Assembly: GCA_937891845.1 (NCBI GenBank)
Contig: CALATP010000026.1
Location: 26,429 to 90,428 of the forward strand
Length of the DNA stretch: 64,000 nucleotides
Origin: an uncultured Porphyromonadaceae bacterium
Lineage (GTDB): Bacteria; Bacteroidota; Bacteroidia; Bacteroidales; Barnesiellaceae_A
Direction of reading: 5' to 3'
The notes beneath the pieces were generated by a model. That model did not search any database. It saw only the letters and a list, made by a program, of their open reading frames with translations, and had not been told where the DNA came from. Shown piece after piece: positions 1-10,627 of this stretch; position 1 is the stretch's first letter; each line of letters begins with the position of its first letter. The position numbers and the translations under genes were made by a program.

Positions 1-57
1 AAGTGAAATCCTATAAATAAAAGAAATACTGTTTTTTTTGCATAAAATTCTTTCATA

Positions 58-984
58 ATGAAAACAGAGAAGATGCATATTGATATTATTGGAGCAGCTC
101 AGTCTTTGGGTTGTGGACGTGATGGTGTTCAATATGGCCCAGATTACTTGCGTAATAAGGGGCTAATTTCTAAATTACAGCAGTATGATTTATCGATTGC
201 AGATTTAGGAAATATATATAATGATTGTTCAATAATTTGTTCAACAAATGAAAAACTCAAAAATTATGAACAAATTGCCGATTTTAATGAGAGGTTGGCC
301 TCTGTTGTCTCTAACTCTGTTGAATGTGGTCATTTCCCATTAGTTCTAGGTGGTGATCATTCGTTAGGTATAGGGAGTGTTTCCGGTGTATCTAATGCAT
401 TAGGCGCTGAGAATTTATGTTTGATATGGGTTGATGCCCATACAGATATCAATATCGAAACGACAACTCCTACAGGCAATATACACGGAATGAGTATTGC
501 GTCCTTGCTTGGATATGGTTGTGATGAATTAGCTCGTATTTGTGGTAAAACTCCCAAAATATTACCTCAAAATATAATTTATGTTGCTTCTCGCGATATT
601 GACGAAGGTGAGGCCGAGATAATAAGTAATAATAATATTGCGGTTGTTCATATGAACGATATTGAAAGTAATGGTATCGATGTAGCTGTGGATAATTTGC
701 AAGAAATTATAAAAAAAATAACAGCTCCCCATATTTACTTGAGTATTGACATTGATGTACTTGATCCACAATATGCACCAGGAACTGGAGTCCCTGTACC
801 TAATGGTATCAATAAAGAGCAAGTTCTGAAATTTATAGATGCTATCGTCTGTTCAGGAAGAGTCGTTGGAGTTGAATTAGTTGAAGTAAATCCATTATTG
901 GATAATCAGAATAATTCAACTTCAAAAATAGCAATAGACATCATTGATTATGTGATAGATAATGTTGTAAAGAATTTATCTTGA
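58..984 (+). CDS. arginase/agmatinase/formiminoglutamase-family ureohydrolase
   Basis: 308-aa ORF. Arginase-fold metal-binding motifs are visible (GGDHSLGIG, WVDAHTDIN, SIDIDVLDP). Low GC and co-oriented with the polysaccharide genes. Confidence 0.8.
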   Translation: MKTEKMHIDIIGAAQSLGCGRDGVQYGPDYLRNKGLISKLQQYDLSIADLGNIYNDCSIICSTNEKLKNYEQIADFNERLASVVSNSVECGHFPLVLGGDHSLGIGSVSGVSNALGAENLCLIWVDAHTDINIETTTPTGNIHGMSIASLLGYGCDELARICGKTPKILPQNIIYVASRDIDEGEAEIISNNNIAVVHMNDIESNGIDVAVDNLQEIIKKITAPHIYLSIDIDVLDPQYAPGTGVPVPNGINKEQVLKFIDAIVCSGRVVGVELVEVNPLLDNQNNSTSKIAIDIIDYVIDNVVKNLS

Positions 985-1044
985 ATTGTGATGCGTTAGC
1001 AATATTAATCTAACAGTGTGATTTCAGACTTTGAATGTTATTTT

Positions 1045-2262
1045 ATGAATAGATATCTCAATAATTGTACTTTATATATGTTCCTTTGGGGATTATACTA
1101 TCTTCAAGGTACACTATACGCTACAGGAAGTATAGTATCGCAGGGAATTTTGGCTATACTATTGTGTTCGTCTCTCTTTTATTGTTATAAGGTAAATGTA
1201 ACATATAAATTGCCTACTTTTTTCAAGGCTCTTAATGCATTTTTAATTATGGCTACTATATATGGAGTCATTTTAATGCTAAGTCCTACACAAATATATT
1301 TATTTAATATATTGAGCAATCCAATCTCTAAAATGACGTTCCTAAAGTCTATATATATATCGTTACTACCGATATATGTCTTTTATTATTTTGGCAAAAC
1401 AAATAAATTGAATGGAGACATAATTCGCCTATTTACAATATTTTGGTTAGTAGTGGTTATTTTCTCCTTTGTGAGGCATTTTAGAACGATTGAGACATTA
1501 ATGTTAGATAATGGTTATACTGAAGATGTTGAAATTACCAATAATATTGCATACGAATTTCTCGCATTATTCCCTTTGCTTTTCTTTTGGAATCGTAGAC
1601 CATTAGTACAATATGCATTAATTTTTGTGCTTATAGCCTTTATCTTTTCTGGAATGAAACGCGGTGCTATATTTATAGGGGTAATATGTTTTATCTGGTT
1701 CTTGTTTAGAGTTTTTAAATCTTCTAAAGGGAAAAAACGAATAGGAATAGTTTTGATGTCTATAATTATTTTGTCTGTTAGTATAAATTATGTAATAAAT
1801 ATGTATGAAACGAGTCTGTATTTCCAGTTGCGTATAGAACAGACTTTGGATGGAAACTCTAGCGGTAGGGATACTATATTTTCAACTTTGTGGAATCACT
1901 ATAAAGAAGAACTTTCTTTAATGAAATTTTTATTTGGTAATGGCGCCTATTATACTGTTGCCGTTGCCGGAATTTTTGCCCATAATGATTGGTTAGAATT
2001 GCTTATAAATCAAGGCTTATTGGGTGCCAGCATATATGCATCAATGTATTTATCATTGATATATACATTATTTCGTATAAAGAAAAATGAATTTGTATTT
2101 AGTATACTTATGATGGTTGTAATAATTATGTTCGCATCATCTTTATTTTCAATGTTGTATGGAAGTTTAGGCTTGCCACTCTCTGTCGCATTAGGCTATT
2201 GTTTGGTTCAAGAAAATAAGAAATCCAATATGACCGCATATAATAACAATATAACACAATAA
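1045..2262 (+). CDS. O-antigen/capsule repeat-unit polymerase (Wzy / O-antigen ligase-like membrane protein)
   Basis: Polytopic hydrophobic protein of about 405 aa with a late AHNDWLELLINQGLLG-type loop typical of the Wzy_C family. Lies in a glycosyltransferase locus. The ORF opens at GTG 1018; ATG 1045 was chosen as the start. Confidence 0.65.
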   Translation: MNRYLNNCTLYMFLWGLYYLQGTLYATGSIVSQGILAILLCSSLFYCYKVNVTYKLPTFFKALNAFLIMATIYGVILMLSPTQIYLFNILSNPISKMTFLKSIYISLLPIYVFYYFGKTNKLNGDIIRLFTIFWLVVVIFSFVRHFRTIETLMLDNGYTEDVEITNNIAYEFLALFPLLFFWNRRPLVQYALIFVLIAFIFSGMKRGAIFIGVICFIWFLFRVFKSSKGKKRIGIVLMSIIILSVSINYVINMYETSLYFQLRIEQTLDGNSSGRDTIFSTLWNHYKEELSLMKFLFGNGAYYTVAVAGIFAHNDWLELLINQGLLGASIYASMYLSLIYTLFRIKKNEFVFSILMMVVIIMFASSLFSMLYGSLGLPLSVALGYCLVQENKKSNMTAYNNNITQ

Positions 2263-2360
2263 TAAACGTCATTGTATAGTGAAAATAGAAAAATAGCCAT
2301 TCCACTGTGCATCTGTTTAAGAGTAAGCCAACGTTGTTAAAGAAGATATATTTAGTCGAA

Positions 2361-3533
2361 ATGGAGTATAGAAATAACAAAATGGTTGTCATTGCCGACA
2401 ACTATCCTTCTTTGGGTAGGCCTGTAAATGTTTTTGTACAACAATTTGTTGAGCAGATTGTTGATATGGGAATTGATGTAAGTGTTATTGCACCACAAAG
2501 TGTCACGAATTCTTTTATAAGAGGTAATAAACTAAGAGAAAAAATGGCTGTAGTTATTACTTCTCAAGGCAACAGATACAATGTTTTCCGCCCTTATACT
2601 TTTACTACTGGAAATAAGATAAAAATACTGGATAAGATATTTAACTTTTTCCTTCGAAAGTCGCTCGCTAATATTATAAAGCGCATAAATCCCAATGTTA
2701 TTTATGGGCATTTCTGGCAATCGGCTCACAATGCCTATCAGATTGCAAAAAAATGTAATATCCCGATATTTGTTGCTTCTGGAGAGTCTTCAATAAGAAT
2801 AGATTGCAGTGATAAAAAGGGTATCAAAGAATTTGCTGATTATGTGGCTGGTGTGATATGTGTATCTACAAAAAATAAAAACGAAAGCGTTGCACTAGGA
2901 TTGACTATTCCCGAGAAATGTATTGTTATTCCTAATGCTATAGACCCAAGTAAATTTTATAAAAAGGATAAAATACAAGTTCGAGAGCATTTAGGTATTG
3001 CTAAAGATGATTTTGTAATTGCTTTTGTAGGTAGTTTTATAGAACGCAAAGGTTCGAATCGAGTGGCGGCTGCTATAAAACAGTTGAATAATCCTGCCAT
3101 AAAATCTATATTTATTGGTAAACCGATGTCTAATGATAACCGATTTATTCCAGAATGCGATGGTATTTTGTTTAGAGGAACCTTGGAGCATAACAAGATT
3201 GCAGATTATCTCAATGCTGCTGATGTTTTTGTATTACCAACATTGCACGAAGGATGTTGTAATGCTATCGTTGAAGCTATGGCTTGTGGACTGCCAATAA
3301 TATCTTCTGATAGAGACTTTAATTATGATATACTAAATAGTAATAATTCTATACTCGTAGATCCCAATAATATAGACTGTATATGTCAAGCTATTGAAAA
3401 GTTATATAATGACAAAAAGCTAAGAGATAAAATGTCAAGAATAGCTTTAGAAACAGCATTTAATCTAAATATTGGAAATAGAGCCTCATTGATAATAGAA
3501 TTTATACAATCAAAAATTGCAAATAGATTATAA
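2361..3533 (+). CDS. glycosyltransferase family 4 (GT-B)
   Basis: C-terminal EGCCNAIVEAMACGLPIISS motif (the E-x7-E region of GT4). Start is ambiguous (GTG 2307, ATG 2361 or ATG 2382). Confidence 0.8.
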   Translation: MEYRNNKMVVIADNYPSLGRPVNVFVQQFVEQIVDMGIDVSVIAPQSVTNSFIRGNKLREKMAVVITSQGNRYNVFRPYTFTTGNKIKILDKIFNFFLRKSLANIIKRINPNVIYGHFWQSAHNAYQIAKKCNIPIFVASGESSIRIDCSDKKGIKEFADYVAGVICVSTKNKNESVALGLTIPEKCIVIPNAIDPSKFYKKDKIQVREHLGIAKDDFVIAFVGSFIERKGSNRVAAAIKQLNNPAIKSIFIGKPMSNDNRFIPECDGILFRGTLEHNKIADYLNAADVFVLPTLHEGCCNAIVEAMACGLPIISSDRDFNYDILNSNNSILVDPNNIDCICQAIEKLYNDKKLRDKMSRIALETAFNLNIGNRASLIIEFIQSKIANRL

Positions 3534-3544
3534 AAATAAGCAAT

Positions 3545-4642
3545 ATGAATCTTTGCATCATATATAATTTCGCAGCACATTACCGTCAAGGCATCTTTAA
3601 ACTGATGGACAATACATTCGATTGTGTGTGGTATTTTGGGAAAACCAATCAAGACATTAAGAAAATGGATTATTCTATTTTTAAAGGTGCTATAACGGAA
3701 TTAGATACTAAAAGATTTGGCGGTTTAACTTTCCAACAAGGGGTACTATCGTTACTTGGCAAGTATGACCGATTCCTGATGTTGGGCGATTCACGTAGTG
3801 TTAGTACTTGGCTATTCCTCATTTGTTCCAAGTTCATGCCCCGTAAGAAAGTTTATTTGTGGAGTCACGGTTTTTATGGGAAGGAATCGTGGTTAGAAGA
3901 TCTGGTGAAAAAAGCGATATTTAAACTTGCCGATGGCATTTTCTTATATAACAACTATGCCCGAGATATGATGTTGAAAAAAGGTTTCAATGTCTCAAAA
4001 CTTTTTGTTATTCATAATTCCCTCAATTATGATGAACAATTAAGTATTAGAAAAAACATTATACCGTCAAATATCTATCGTGAGCATTTCAGAAACAATA
4101 ATCCCATTCTTATTTTTATAGGTCGTCTTACCAAAGTGAAAAAATTGGATTTGTTACTTGATGCTGTAAAGCTATTGAGTAAACAAGGTAAGAACTATAA
4201 TGTTGTTTTTGTGGGTGACGGAGTCGAGCGACAATCATTAGAAAAGAAAACCAAAGAATTAGCTCTGGAAAATAGTGTGTGGTTCTATGGAGCTTGTTAC
4301 GATGAAAAAACCAATGCCGAACTGATATACAATGCAGACCTTTGTGTAGCTCCCGGAAACGTGGGACTTACGGCTATGCACACGATGGTGTTTGGTACCC
4401 CAGTGTTGACACACAATGACTTTAAATGGCAGATGCCCGAATTTGAGGCTATTATCCCTAACAAAACAGGTGATTTCTTTCTGCGCGACAATGTTGATGA
4501 CCTTGCTGCGAAAATTAAATATTGGTTTGATGTAGTTGGTAGCGACAGAGATGCTGTTAGAAAAGCTTGTTTTGATGAAATAGATACTTCTTGGAATCCA
4601 CAGTTCCAATTAGAGGTTTTAATGAACGGTATGCATTTATAA
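3545..4642 (+). CDS. glycosyltransferase (GT4-like)
   Basis: 365-aa ORF with a GT-B C-terminal half (FIGRLTKVKKLDLLLDA, GLTAMHTMVFGTPVLT). Tightly packed within the operon. Confidence 0.7.
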   Translation: MNLCIIYNFAAHYRQGIFKLMDNTFDCVWYFGKTNQDIKKMDYSIFKGAITELDTKRFGGLTFQQGVLSLLGKYDRFLMLGDSRSVSTWLFLICSKFMPRKKVYLWSHGFYGKESWLEDLVKKAIFKLADGIFLYNNYARDMMLKKGFNVSKLFVIHNSLNYDEQLSIRKNIIPSNIYREHFRNNNPILIFIGRLTKVKKLDLLLDAVKLLSKQGKNYNVVFVGDGVERQSLEKKTKELALENSVWFYGACYDEKTNAELIYNADLCVAPGNVGLTAMHTMVFGTPVLTHNDFKWQMPEFEAIIPNKTGDFFLRDNVDDLAAKIKYWFDVVGSDRDAVRKACFDEIDTSWNPQFQLEVLMNGMHL

Positions 4643-4651
4643 TATTACACG

Positions 4652-5302
4652 ATGAATCATTTTATTAAAGGTTGGTTTAAAAATTTGCGAAATAAAAAAA
4701 TATCAAACATCGCTTTTATATCTTCTACGAATATTTTAAGTTCCAAGGCTCGTATATGTCGTTGGGTAAAGATTAAGCATTCGCAAGTAGGTGATTATTC
4801 TTATATAGGACCAAGTTGTGATATTACACATACAACAATTGGGCGTTTCTGTTCAATTGCCGATAATTGTCGTATATGTACACCATCTCATACATTGAGT
4901 CTAATTTCTTCATCCCCAATTTTTACGTTACGCAATAATGGGACTGGTACGACGTGGGTTGCTAATAACGTAGGGCATAAAGAGATGCAACCGGTATGTA
5001 TAGGTAATGATGTTTGGATAGGCTCTCGTGTTATTATAAAAGATGGAATTACCATTGGCGATGGTGCGGTTATTGGTGCAGGTGCTGTAGTTACGAAAGA
5101 TGTACCACCTTATGCTATTGTAGGTGGAGTGCCTGCTAAGGTAATAAAATATCGTTTTGAGCATTCAATCATTGATAAACTTCTTGAAATAAAATGGTGG
5201 AGTGCCGATGATCAGAAATTAAGAAATAATATAAAATTCTTTCAAACCGAGAATATTACAATGGATAATCTGAAAAAATTAGAAAATATAATAAATACCT
5301 AA
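4652..5302 (+). CDS. hexapeptide-repeat sugar O-acetyltransferase (CatB/Vat-like)
   Basis: Left-handed beta-helix repeats ([49 protein letters not shown]). Confidence 0.8.
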   Translation: MNHFIKGWFKNLRNKKISNIAFISSTNILSSKARICRWVKIKHSQVGDYSYIGPSCDITHTTIGRFCSIADNCRICTPSHTLSLISSSPIFTLRNNGTGTTWVANNVGHKEMQPVCIGNDVWIGSRVIIKDGITIGDGAVIGAGAVVTKDVPPYAIVGGVPAKVIKYRFEHSIIDKLLEIKWWSADDQKLRNNIKFFQTENITMDNLKKLENIINT

Positions 5303-5308
5303 CATATA

Positions 5309-6355
5309 ATGTCCATATTCAAAGACAAAGTCCTGTTAATTACAGGCGGTACAGGTAGTTTTGGAAACGCCGTACTCAATCGCTTTTTGCGTACAGATAT
5401 TAAAGAAATCAGAGTATTCTCACGCGATGAGAAAAAACAAGACGATATGCGTCACGATTTTCAGGCCCGTATGCCTGAGGTGGCTCATAAAATCAAATTT
5501 TTTATCGGTGACGTGCGCGACTTACAGTCTTGTCGCAATGCAATGCCGGGAGTCGATTATATCTTCCACGCAGCAGCACTCAAGCAAGTACCCTCTTGCG
5601 AGTTCTTCCCTATGGAGGCCGTGAAGACCAATGTGATAGGTACCGACAACATCCTTACCGCGGCTATCGAGCATAAGGTAAAATCAGTTATCTGCCTCTC
5701 TACCGACAAGGCTGCCTATCCCATCAATGCTATGGGTATTACCAAGGCTATTGAAGAAAAGATTGCTGTTGCTAAGTCTCGATATTCGGGTGATACAAAA
5801 ATATGTTGCACACGCTATGGCAATGTGATGTGTTCGCGTGGCTCGGTTATTCCTTTGTGGATTGATCAAATCCGCAATGGTAACCCCATCACACTGACCG
5901 AGCCCTCAATGACACGTTTCATTATGTCGCTTGAGGAAGCGGTCGATCTTGTCCTTTTTGCTTTCGAACACGGACAAAATGGCGATATCCTTGTGCAGAA
6001 AGCTCCTGCTTGTACTATTCAAACACAAGCCGAAGCCGTATGCGAACTCTTCGGTGGAAAGAAAGAAGATATCAAGGTAATCGGTATTCGTCACGGTGAA
6101 AAGATGTACGAAACACTTCTTACCAACGAAGAGTGTGCCAAGGCCGAAGATATGGGCGATTTCTATCGTGTACCGGCCGATAATCGAGGTCTCAATTACG
6201 ACAAATTCTTTAAAGAAGGTGAAGCCGAGCGTAATTTACTTACCGAGTTCAACTCCAATAACACTCGTATGCTTACTGTTGAAGAGACCAAAGCCAAGAT
6301 TGCGGCTCTTACTTATATCCAAAATGAACTCTCCGGAGTGGGTAATTTAGTGTAA
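5309..6355 (+). CDS. fnlA: UDP-N-acetylglucosamine 4,6-dehydratase/5-epimerase (FnlA/CapE/WbjB type)
   Basis: N-terminus KVLLITGGTGSFGNAVLNRFL and overall CapE-like sequence. Followed by CapF- and CapG-type genes. Confidence 0.85.
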   Translation: MSIFKDKVLLITGGTGSFGNAVLNRFLRTDIKEIRVFSRDEKKQDDMRHDFQARMPEVAHKIKFFIGDVRDLQSCRNAMPGVDYIFHAAALKQVPSCEFFPMEAVKTNVIGTDNILTAAIEHKVKSVICLSTDKAAYPINAMGITKAIEEKIAVAKSRYSGDTKICCTRYGNVMCSRGSVIPLWIDQIRNGNPITLTEPSMTRFIMSLEEAVDLVLFAFEHGQNGDILVQKAPACTIQTQAEAVCELFGGKKEDIKVIGIRHGEKMYETLLTNEECAKAEDMGDFYRVPADNRGLNYDKFFKEGEAERNLLTEFNSNNTRMLTVEETKAKIAALTYIQNELSGVGNLV

Positions 6356-6359
6356 ATAT

Positions 6360-7562
6360 ATGAAAATTCTCGTTACAGGTGCCCATGGTTTTGTTGGTCG
6401 CAACCTTGTGGCACAACTCAACAATATAAAAGATGGCAAGGCCAAGTTCTATGGAGATATAGTTATCGACGATGTTTTCGAATACGATATTGATTCAACA
6501 CTAGACGAGCTGGATAAATATTGTAGCAAAGCCGATTTCGTATTCAACCTGGCAGGTGTTAATCGTCCGCAGAATCCTGAGGAATTTATGCAAGGCAATT
6601 TTGGCTTTGCATCCACGTTGCTCGACACATTGCGTCGACACAATAACACCTGTCCGGTAATGCTCAGCTCATCTATTCAAGCCACCCTGGCAGGCCGTTT
6701 CGGAACAAGCGAGTATGGCAAGAGCAAGAAAGCCGGAGAGGAACTTTTCTTCGATTATGCCAAGGCTACAGGAGCACGTGTGTTGGTATACCGTTTCCCC
6801 AATTTATTCGGGAAATGGTGCCGTCCTAACTATAACTCGGCTGTCGCCACATTCTGCAACAATATAGCCAATGATCTCCCCATTACAGTCAATGATCCAA
6901 CAACCGAGCTAGAGCTACTTTATATCGACGATCTTGTTGATGAAATGATAGCTACATTGCGTGGTGAAGAACATCATTGCGAGTTTGAGGGAGTAGAAAC
7001 AATCCTTACCTCTCAAGGTAGATATTGTGCAGTACCTGTAACGCATAAAGTAACCTTGGGCGAAATTGTCAATCTGCTTGAAGAATTCCGCGCCCAACCA
7101 CAGTCGCTTACAATCCCCAATATTCCGGATGGCTCCTTTGCCAAGAAACTATATTCAACCTATCTTTCATATTTGCCCAAGGAAAAAGTGGCATTCCCAT
7201 TGAAGATGAACATTGATGACCGTGGCAGTTTCACCGAGTTATTACGTACTCGCAACAACGGTCAAGTGAGTATCAATATTTCTAAGCCCGGCATTACAAA
7301 AGGGCAGCATTGGCACAATACAAAGTGGGAATTCTTTATGGTTGTAGCAGGGCACGGACTCATACAGATGCGTCGTGTAGATAGTGAAGAAATACTCAAT
7401 TTTGAAGTTTCTGGTGATAAAATTGAGGCTGTTCATATGTTACCCGGATATACTCACAATATCATAAACCTATCCGACACCGATGACCTTGTTACCGTAA
7501 TGTGGTGTAACGAATGTTTCGATCCCAATCGCCCTGATACATATTTCTTACCTGTAGAATAG
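6360..7562 (+). CDS. fnlB: bifunctional reductase/epimerase of the UDP-L-FucNAc pathway (FnlB/CapF type; SDR domain plus C-terminal cupin)
   Basis: MKILVTGAHGFVGRNL Rossmann N-terminus plus a C-terminal cupin-like region (GITKGQHWHNTKWEFFMVVAG). Located between the fnlA-like and fnlC-like genes. Confidence 0.8.
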   Translation: MKILVTGAHGFVGRNLVAQLNNIKDGKAKFYGDIVIDDVFEYDIDSTLDELDKYCSKADFVFNLAGVNRPQNPEEFMQGNFGFASTLLDTLRRHNNTCPVMLSSSIQATLAGRFGTSEYGKSKKAGEELFFDYAKATGARVLVYRFPNLFGKWCRPNYNSAVATFCNNIANDLPITVNDPTTELELLYIDDLVDEMIATLRGEEHHCEFEGVETILTSQGRYCAVPVTHKVTLGEIVNLLEEFRAQPQSLTIPNIPDGSFAKKLYSTYLSYLPKEKVAFPLKMNIDDRGSFTELLRTRNNGQVSINISKPGITKGQHWHNTKWEFFMVVAGHGLIQMRRVDSEEILNFEVSGDKIEAVHMLPGYTHNIINLSDTDDLVTVMWCNECFDPNRPDTYFLPVE

Positions 7563-7574
7563 AACTAATAATAT

Positions 7575-8756
7575 ATGGAACTAAAACTCGACTACTCAAC
7601 CGTAAATTTCAAAAACGACGGTCGTCTCAAGCTCCTTATTATAGTAGGAACTCGACCCGAAATTATACGTCTTGCGGCAGTAATAAATAAGTGTCGCAAA
7701 TACTTCGATACAATATTAGCTCACACCGGGCAAAACTATGATTACAATCTCAATGGTATCTTCTTCCGAGACTTAAAACTCGAAACTCCTGAAGTATATA
7801 TGGATGCCGTCGGTGATGACCTCGGTGCTACTATGGGCAACATTATCAATGCATCATACAAGTTAATGGTGCAATGTAAACCCGATGCAGTTCTCGTATT
7901 AGGCGACACAAATAGTTGCCTATCTGTTATCGGTGCCAAGCGCCTTCACATCCCCATCTTCCATATGGAAGCAGGTAACCGTTGTTTCGACGAATGCCTC
8001 CCCGAAGAAACCAATCGTCGCATAGTTGATATAATCTCAGACGTCAACCTATGTTACTCCGAGCACGCACGACGTTATCTCAATGCATCGGGAGTGGCCA
8101 AAGAACGTACTTATGTAACAGGCTCGCCTATGGCCGAGGTACTACACGAAAACCTTGCCGACATCGAAGCAAGCGATATACACGCTCGTTTAGGACTTGA
8201 GAAAGGTCGTTACATACTCCTTTCTGCACACCGCGAAGAGAATATCGACACCGAGCGTAACTTCACAAGCCTCTTTACAGCTATCAACCGTATGGCCGAG
8301 AAGTACGATATGCCCATACTCTACTCGTGCCACCCTCGCAGTCGCAACCGTCTTGCTGCAAGCGGTTTCAAGCTCGACCCTCGTGTTATCCAACACGAGC
8401 CTCTTGGTTTTCACGACTACAATTGTTTGCAGATGAATGCCTTTGCAGTAGTGAGCGATAGCGGAACTCTTCCCGAAGAAAGCTCATTCTTTACATCAGT
8501 CGGACATTCATTCCCCGCAGTGTGCATACGCACCAGCACCGAACGCCCCGAAGCACTTGACAAAGGATGTTTCATCCTTGCCGGTATTGACGAGCACTCG
8601 TTACTTCAAGCGGTAGATACCGCCGTAGAGATGGTACGTAACAATGATAACGGTATACCCGTACCCAACTATACCGATGAAAACGTATCAACCAAAGTTG
8701 TCAAACTCATCCAATCCTACACCGGAGTAGTAAACAAAATGGTGTGGAGAAAATAA
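7575..8756 (+). CDS. fnlC: UDP-N-acetylglucosamine 2-epimerase, non-hydrolysing (FnlC/CapG type)
   Basis: IVGTRPEIIRLA, LGDTNS and HMEAGNRCFD motifs of the Epimerase_2 family. Confidence 0.85.
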   Translation: MELKLDYSTVNFKNDGRLKLLIIVGTRPEIIRLAAVINKCRKYFDTILAHTGQNYDYNLNGIFFRDLKLETPEVYMDAVGDDLGATMGNIINASYKLMVQCKPDAVLVLGDTNSCLSVIGAKRLHIPIFHMEAGNRCFDECLPEETNRRIVDIISDVNLCYSEHARRYLNASGVAKERTYVTGSPMAEVLHENLADIEASDIHARLGLEKGRYILLSAHREENIDTERNFTSLFTAINRMAEKYDMPILYSCHPRSRNRLAASGFKLDPRVIQHEPLGFHDYNCLQMNAFAVVSDSGTLPEESSFFTSVGHSFPAVCIRTSTERPEALDKGCFILAGIDEHSLLQAVDTAVEMVRNNDNGIPVPNYTDENVSTKVVKLIQSYTGVVNKMVWRK

Positions 8757-8766
8757 GAGATAAGAA

Positions 8767-9987
8767 ATGAATGTGCTGTTTTTGACAATGTCGCCCGGTA
8801 TGGCCAATATCGAGACTAGTGGTATTTATACCGATTTGATGCGCAAATTTCGAGACGAAGGACACATCTTGTATATTGTATACCCCAACGAAAGGCGATT
8901 GGGTATACCAACGCAAGTACGCACGCAAGGGAGTGTACATATATTAGGTGTAAAAACCTTAAACGTTACCAAAACCAATGTTATCGAAAAGGGCATAGGA
9001 CAATTGTCGTTAGAAGTATTATTTATGAATGCGCTGAAAAAATATTTTGGTGATGTAAAATTTGATATAATACTCTACTCAACGCCCCCTATAACCTTTA
9101 CGAAGGTAATACAATATGCAAAGAAACAAAATCCTCTAGCAATGACCTATCTATTGCTTAAGGACATATTCCCTCAGAATGCTGTAGATGTAGGAATGAT
9201 GACCAAGACGGGTATAAAAGGATTGTTGTATAAATTTTTCCGTGCTAAAGAAGAAAAGTTATACAAAATTTCCGATTACATAGGTTGTATGAGCCCGGCC
9301 AATGTGCAATATGTATTAAAGCACAACCCCTATGTAAATCCTGCAATAGTAGAAGTCGCACCTAATAGCTATAATATTCCTAGTGTTAAAATAGAAAAAA
9401 CGGTGTCGGATGCAGCTGAAATAAGAGCAAAATACAATTTACCGGTGGACAAACCCATATTTTTGTATGGAGGTAATATGGGCCGACCTCAAGGTATACC
9501 ATTCCTTATTGAATGTATGAAAGCTGTAAAAGATCGCACCGACTGCCATTTTCTTATCGTTGGTGACGGTACCGAATATCATAAAATAGAGGCATTCATA
9601 AAAGAATATGCGCCCAAGGCTGTGTCGCTTTTCAAGAGTTTGCCCAAAGCCGATTATGATATGTTGGCAAGTGTATGCGATGTAGGACTTATTTTTCTAG
9701 ATTATAGATTTACAATACCTAACTATCCAAGCCGGTTGTTGCCATACTTAATGGAGAAAAAACCTATAATCGCTGTTACCGATCCCAATTGTGATACAGG
9801 AACAATAGCCGAAAAAAATGGATATGGATTCTATTGCCCGAGCAATTCGGTAGGAGCTTTTGTCGATGTTATTGATAAGATGCTTCAATCTGATATTTGC
9901 ACTATGGGAGAGAACGGATACCAATTCTATCTCGATAACTATACCACCAATCATACATATAATACAATAATGAAGCATTTAAATTAA
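8767..9987 (+). CDS. glycosyltransferase family 4, WbuB-like (probable L-FucNAc transferase by position)
   Basis: 406-aa GT-B protein immediately after the fnlABC-type genes, which is the usual WbuB position. Confidence 0.7.
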   Translation: MNVLFLTMSPGMANIETSGIYTDLMRKFRDEGHILYIVYPNERRLGIPTQVRTQGSVHILGVKTLNVTKTNVIEKGIGQLSLEVLFMNALKKYFGDVKFDIILYSTPPITFTKVIQYAKKQNPLAMTYLLLKDIFPQNAVDVGMMTKTGIKGLLYKFFRAKEEKLYKISDYIGCMSPANVQYVLKHNPYVNPAIVEVAPNSYNIPSVKIEKTVSDAAEIRAKYNLPVDKPIFLYGGNMGRPQGIPFLIECMKAVKDRTDCHFLIVGDGTEYHKIEAFIKEYAPKAVSLFKSLPKADYDMLASVCDVGLIFLDYRFTIPNYPSRLLPYLMEKKPIIAVTDPNCDTGTIAEKNGYGFYCPSNSVGAFVDVIDKMLQSDICTMGENGYQFYLDNYTTNHTYNTIMKHLN

Positions 9988-9994
9988 GAACATT

Positions 9995-10627
9995 ATGTAC
10001 AAACATTTTTTTAAACGCTTTTTTGATTTCTGGATAGCTCTGATTGCTTTATTAATCATTTGGCCTATCCTACTGTTAATTACCATTTGGTTGCACTTTG
10101 CCAATAAAGGAGCTGGCGCGTTTTTTGTTCAAGAGCGTCCCGGTAAAGATGGTAAAATATTCAAGCTATTAAAGTTCAAATCTATGACTGATGAACGTGA
10201 TGCCGATGGAAATCTGTTGCCCGATGCGCAGCGTATAACAAAAATTGGTATATTTGTACGTTCAACATCCATAGACGAACTACCGCAACTGCTCAACGTA
10301 CTTAAAGGTGATATGTCTTTCATTGGCCCAAGACCTTTACTTCCTGAATATTTACCATTATATTCACCCGAGCAAGCTCGTCGTCATGAAGTGCGTCCTG
10401 GCATAACCGGTTGGGCACAAGTTAATGGTCGTAATTTTTTGCCATTTAGTAAAAGATTTGAATTGGATGTGTGGTATGTTGATAATTTAAATTGTCTAAT
10501 AGATTTAAAAATAATCCTATTGTCAATTAAGAATGTTTTTTTGAAAAAAGATGTTGCAAATGTAAGTGTAGAAAAAACTAATTCTGACGATTTGGGTTTT
10601 GTTAAATATATAAATAAAAAGAAATGA
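9995..10627 (+). CDS. undecaprenyl-phosphate sugar-phosphate transferase (small PglC/WcfS-type initiating transferase)
   Basis: 210 aa with one N-terminal membrane helix. Carries the Bac_transf motifs KFKSM, DELPQLLNVLKGDMSFIGPRP and RPGITGWAQVNGR. Confidence 0.85.
   Translation: MYKHFFKRFFDFWIALIALLIIWPILLLITIWLHFANKGAGAFFVQERPGKDGKIFKLLKFKSMTDERDADGNLLPDAQRITKIGIFVRSTSIDELPQLLNVLKGDMSFIGPRPLLPEYLPLYSPEQARRHEVRPGITGWAQVNGRNFLPFSKRFELDVWYVDNLNCLIDLKIILLSIKNVFLKKDVANVSVEKTNSDDLGFVKYINKKK

Noticed and set aside
3045-3065. ggttcgaatc string resembling a tRNA T-arm
   Set aside because: It lies inside the GT4 coding sequence with no flanking acceptor or anticodon stem. No cloverleaf could be drawn, and I found no tRNA candidates elsewhere in the window.
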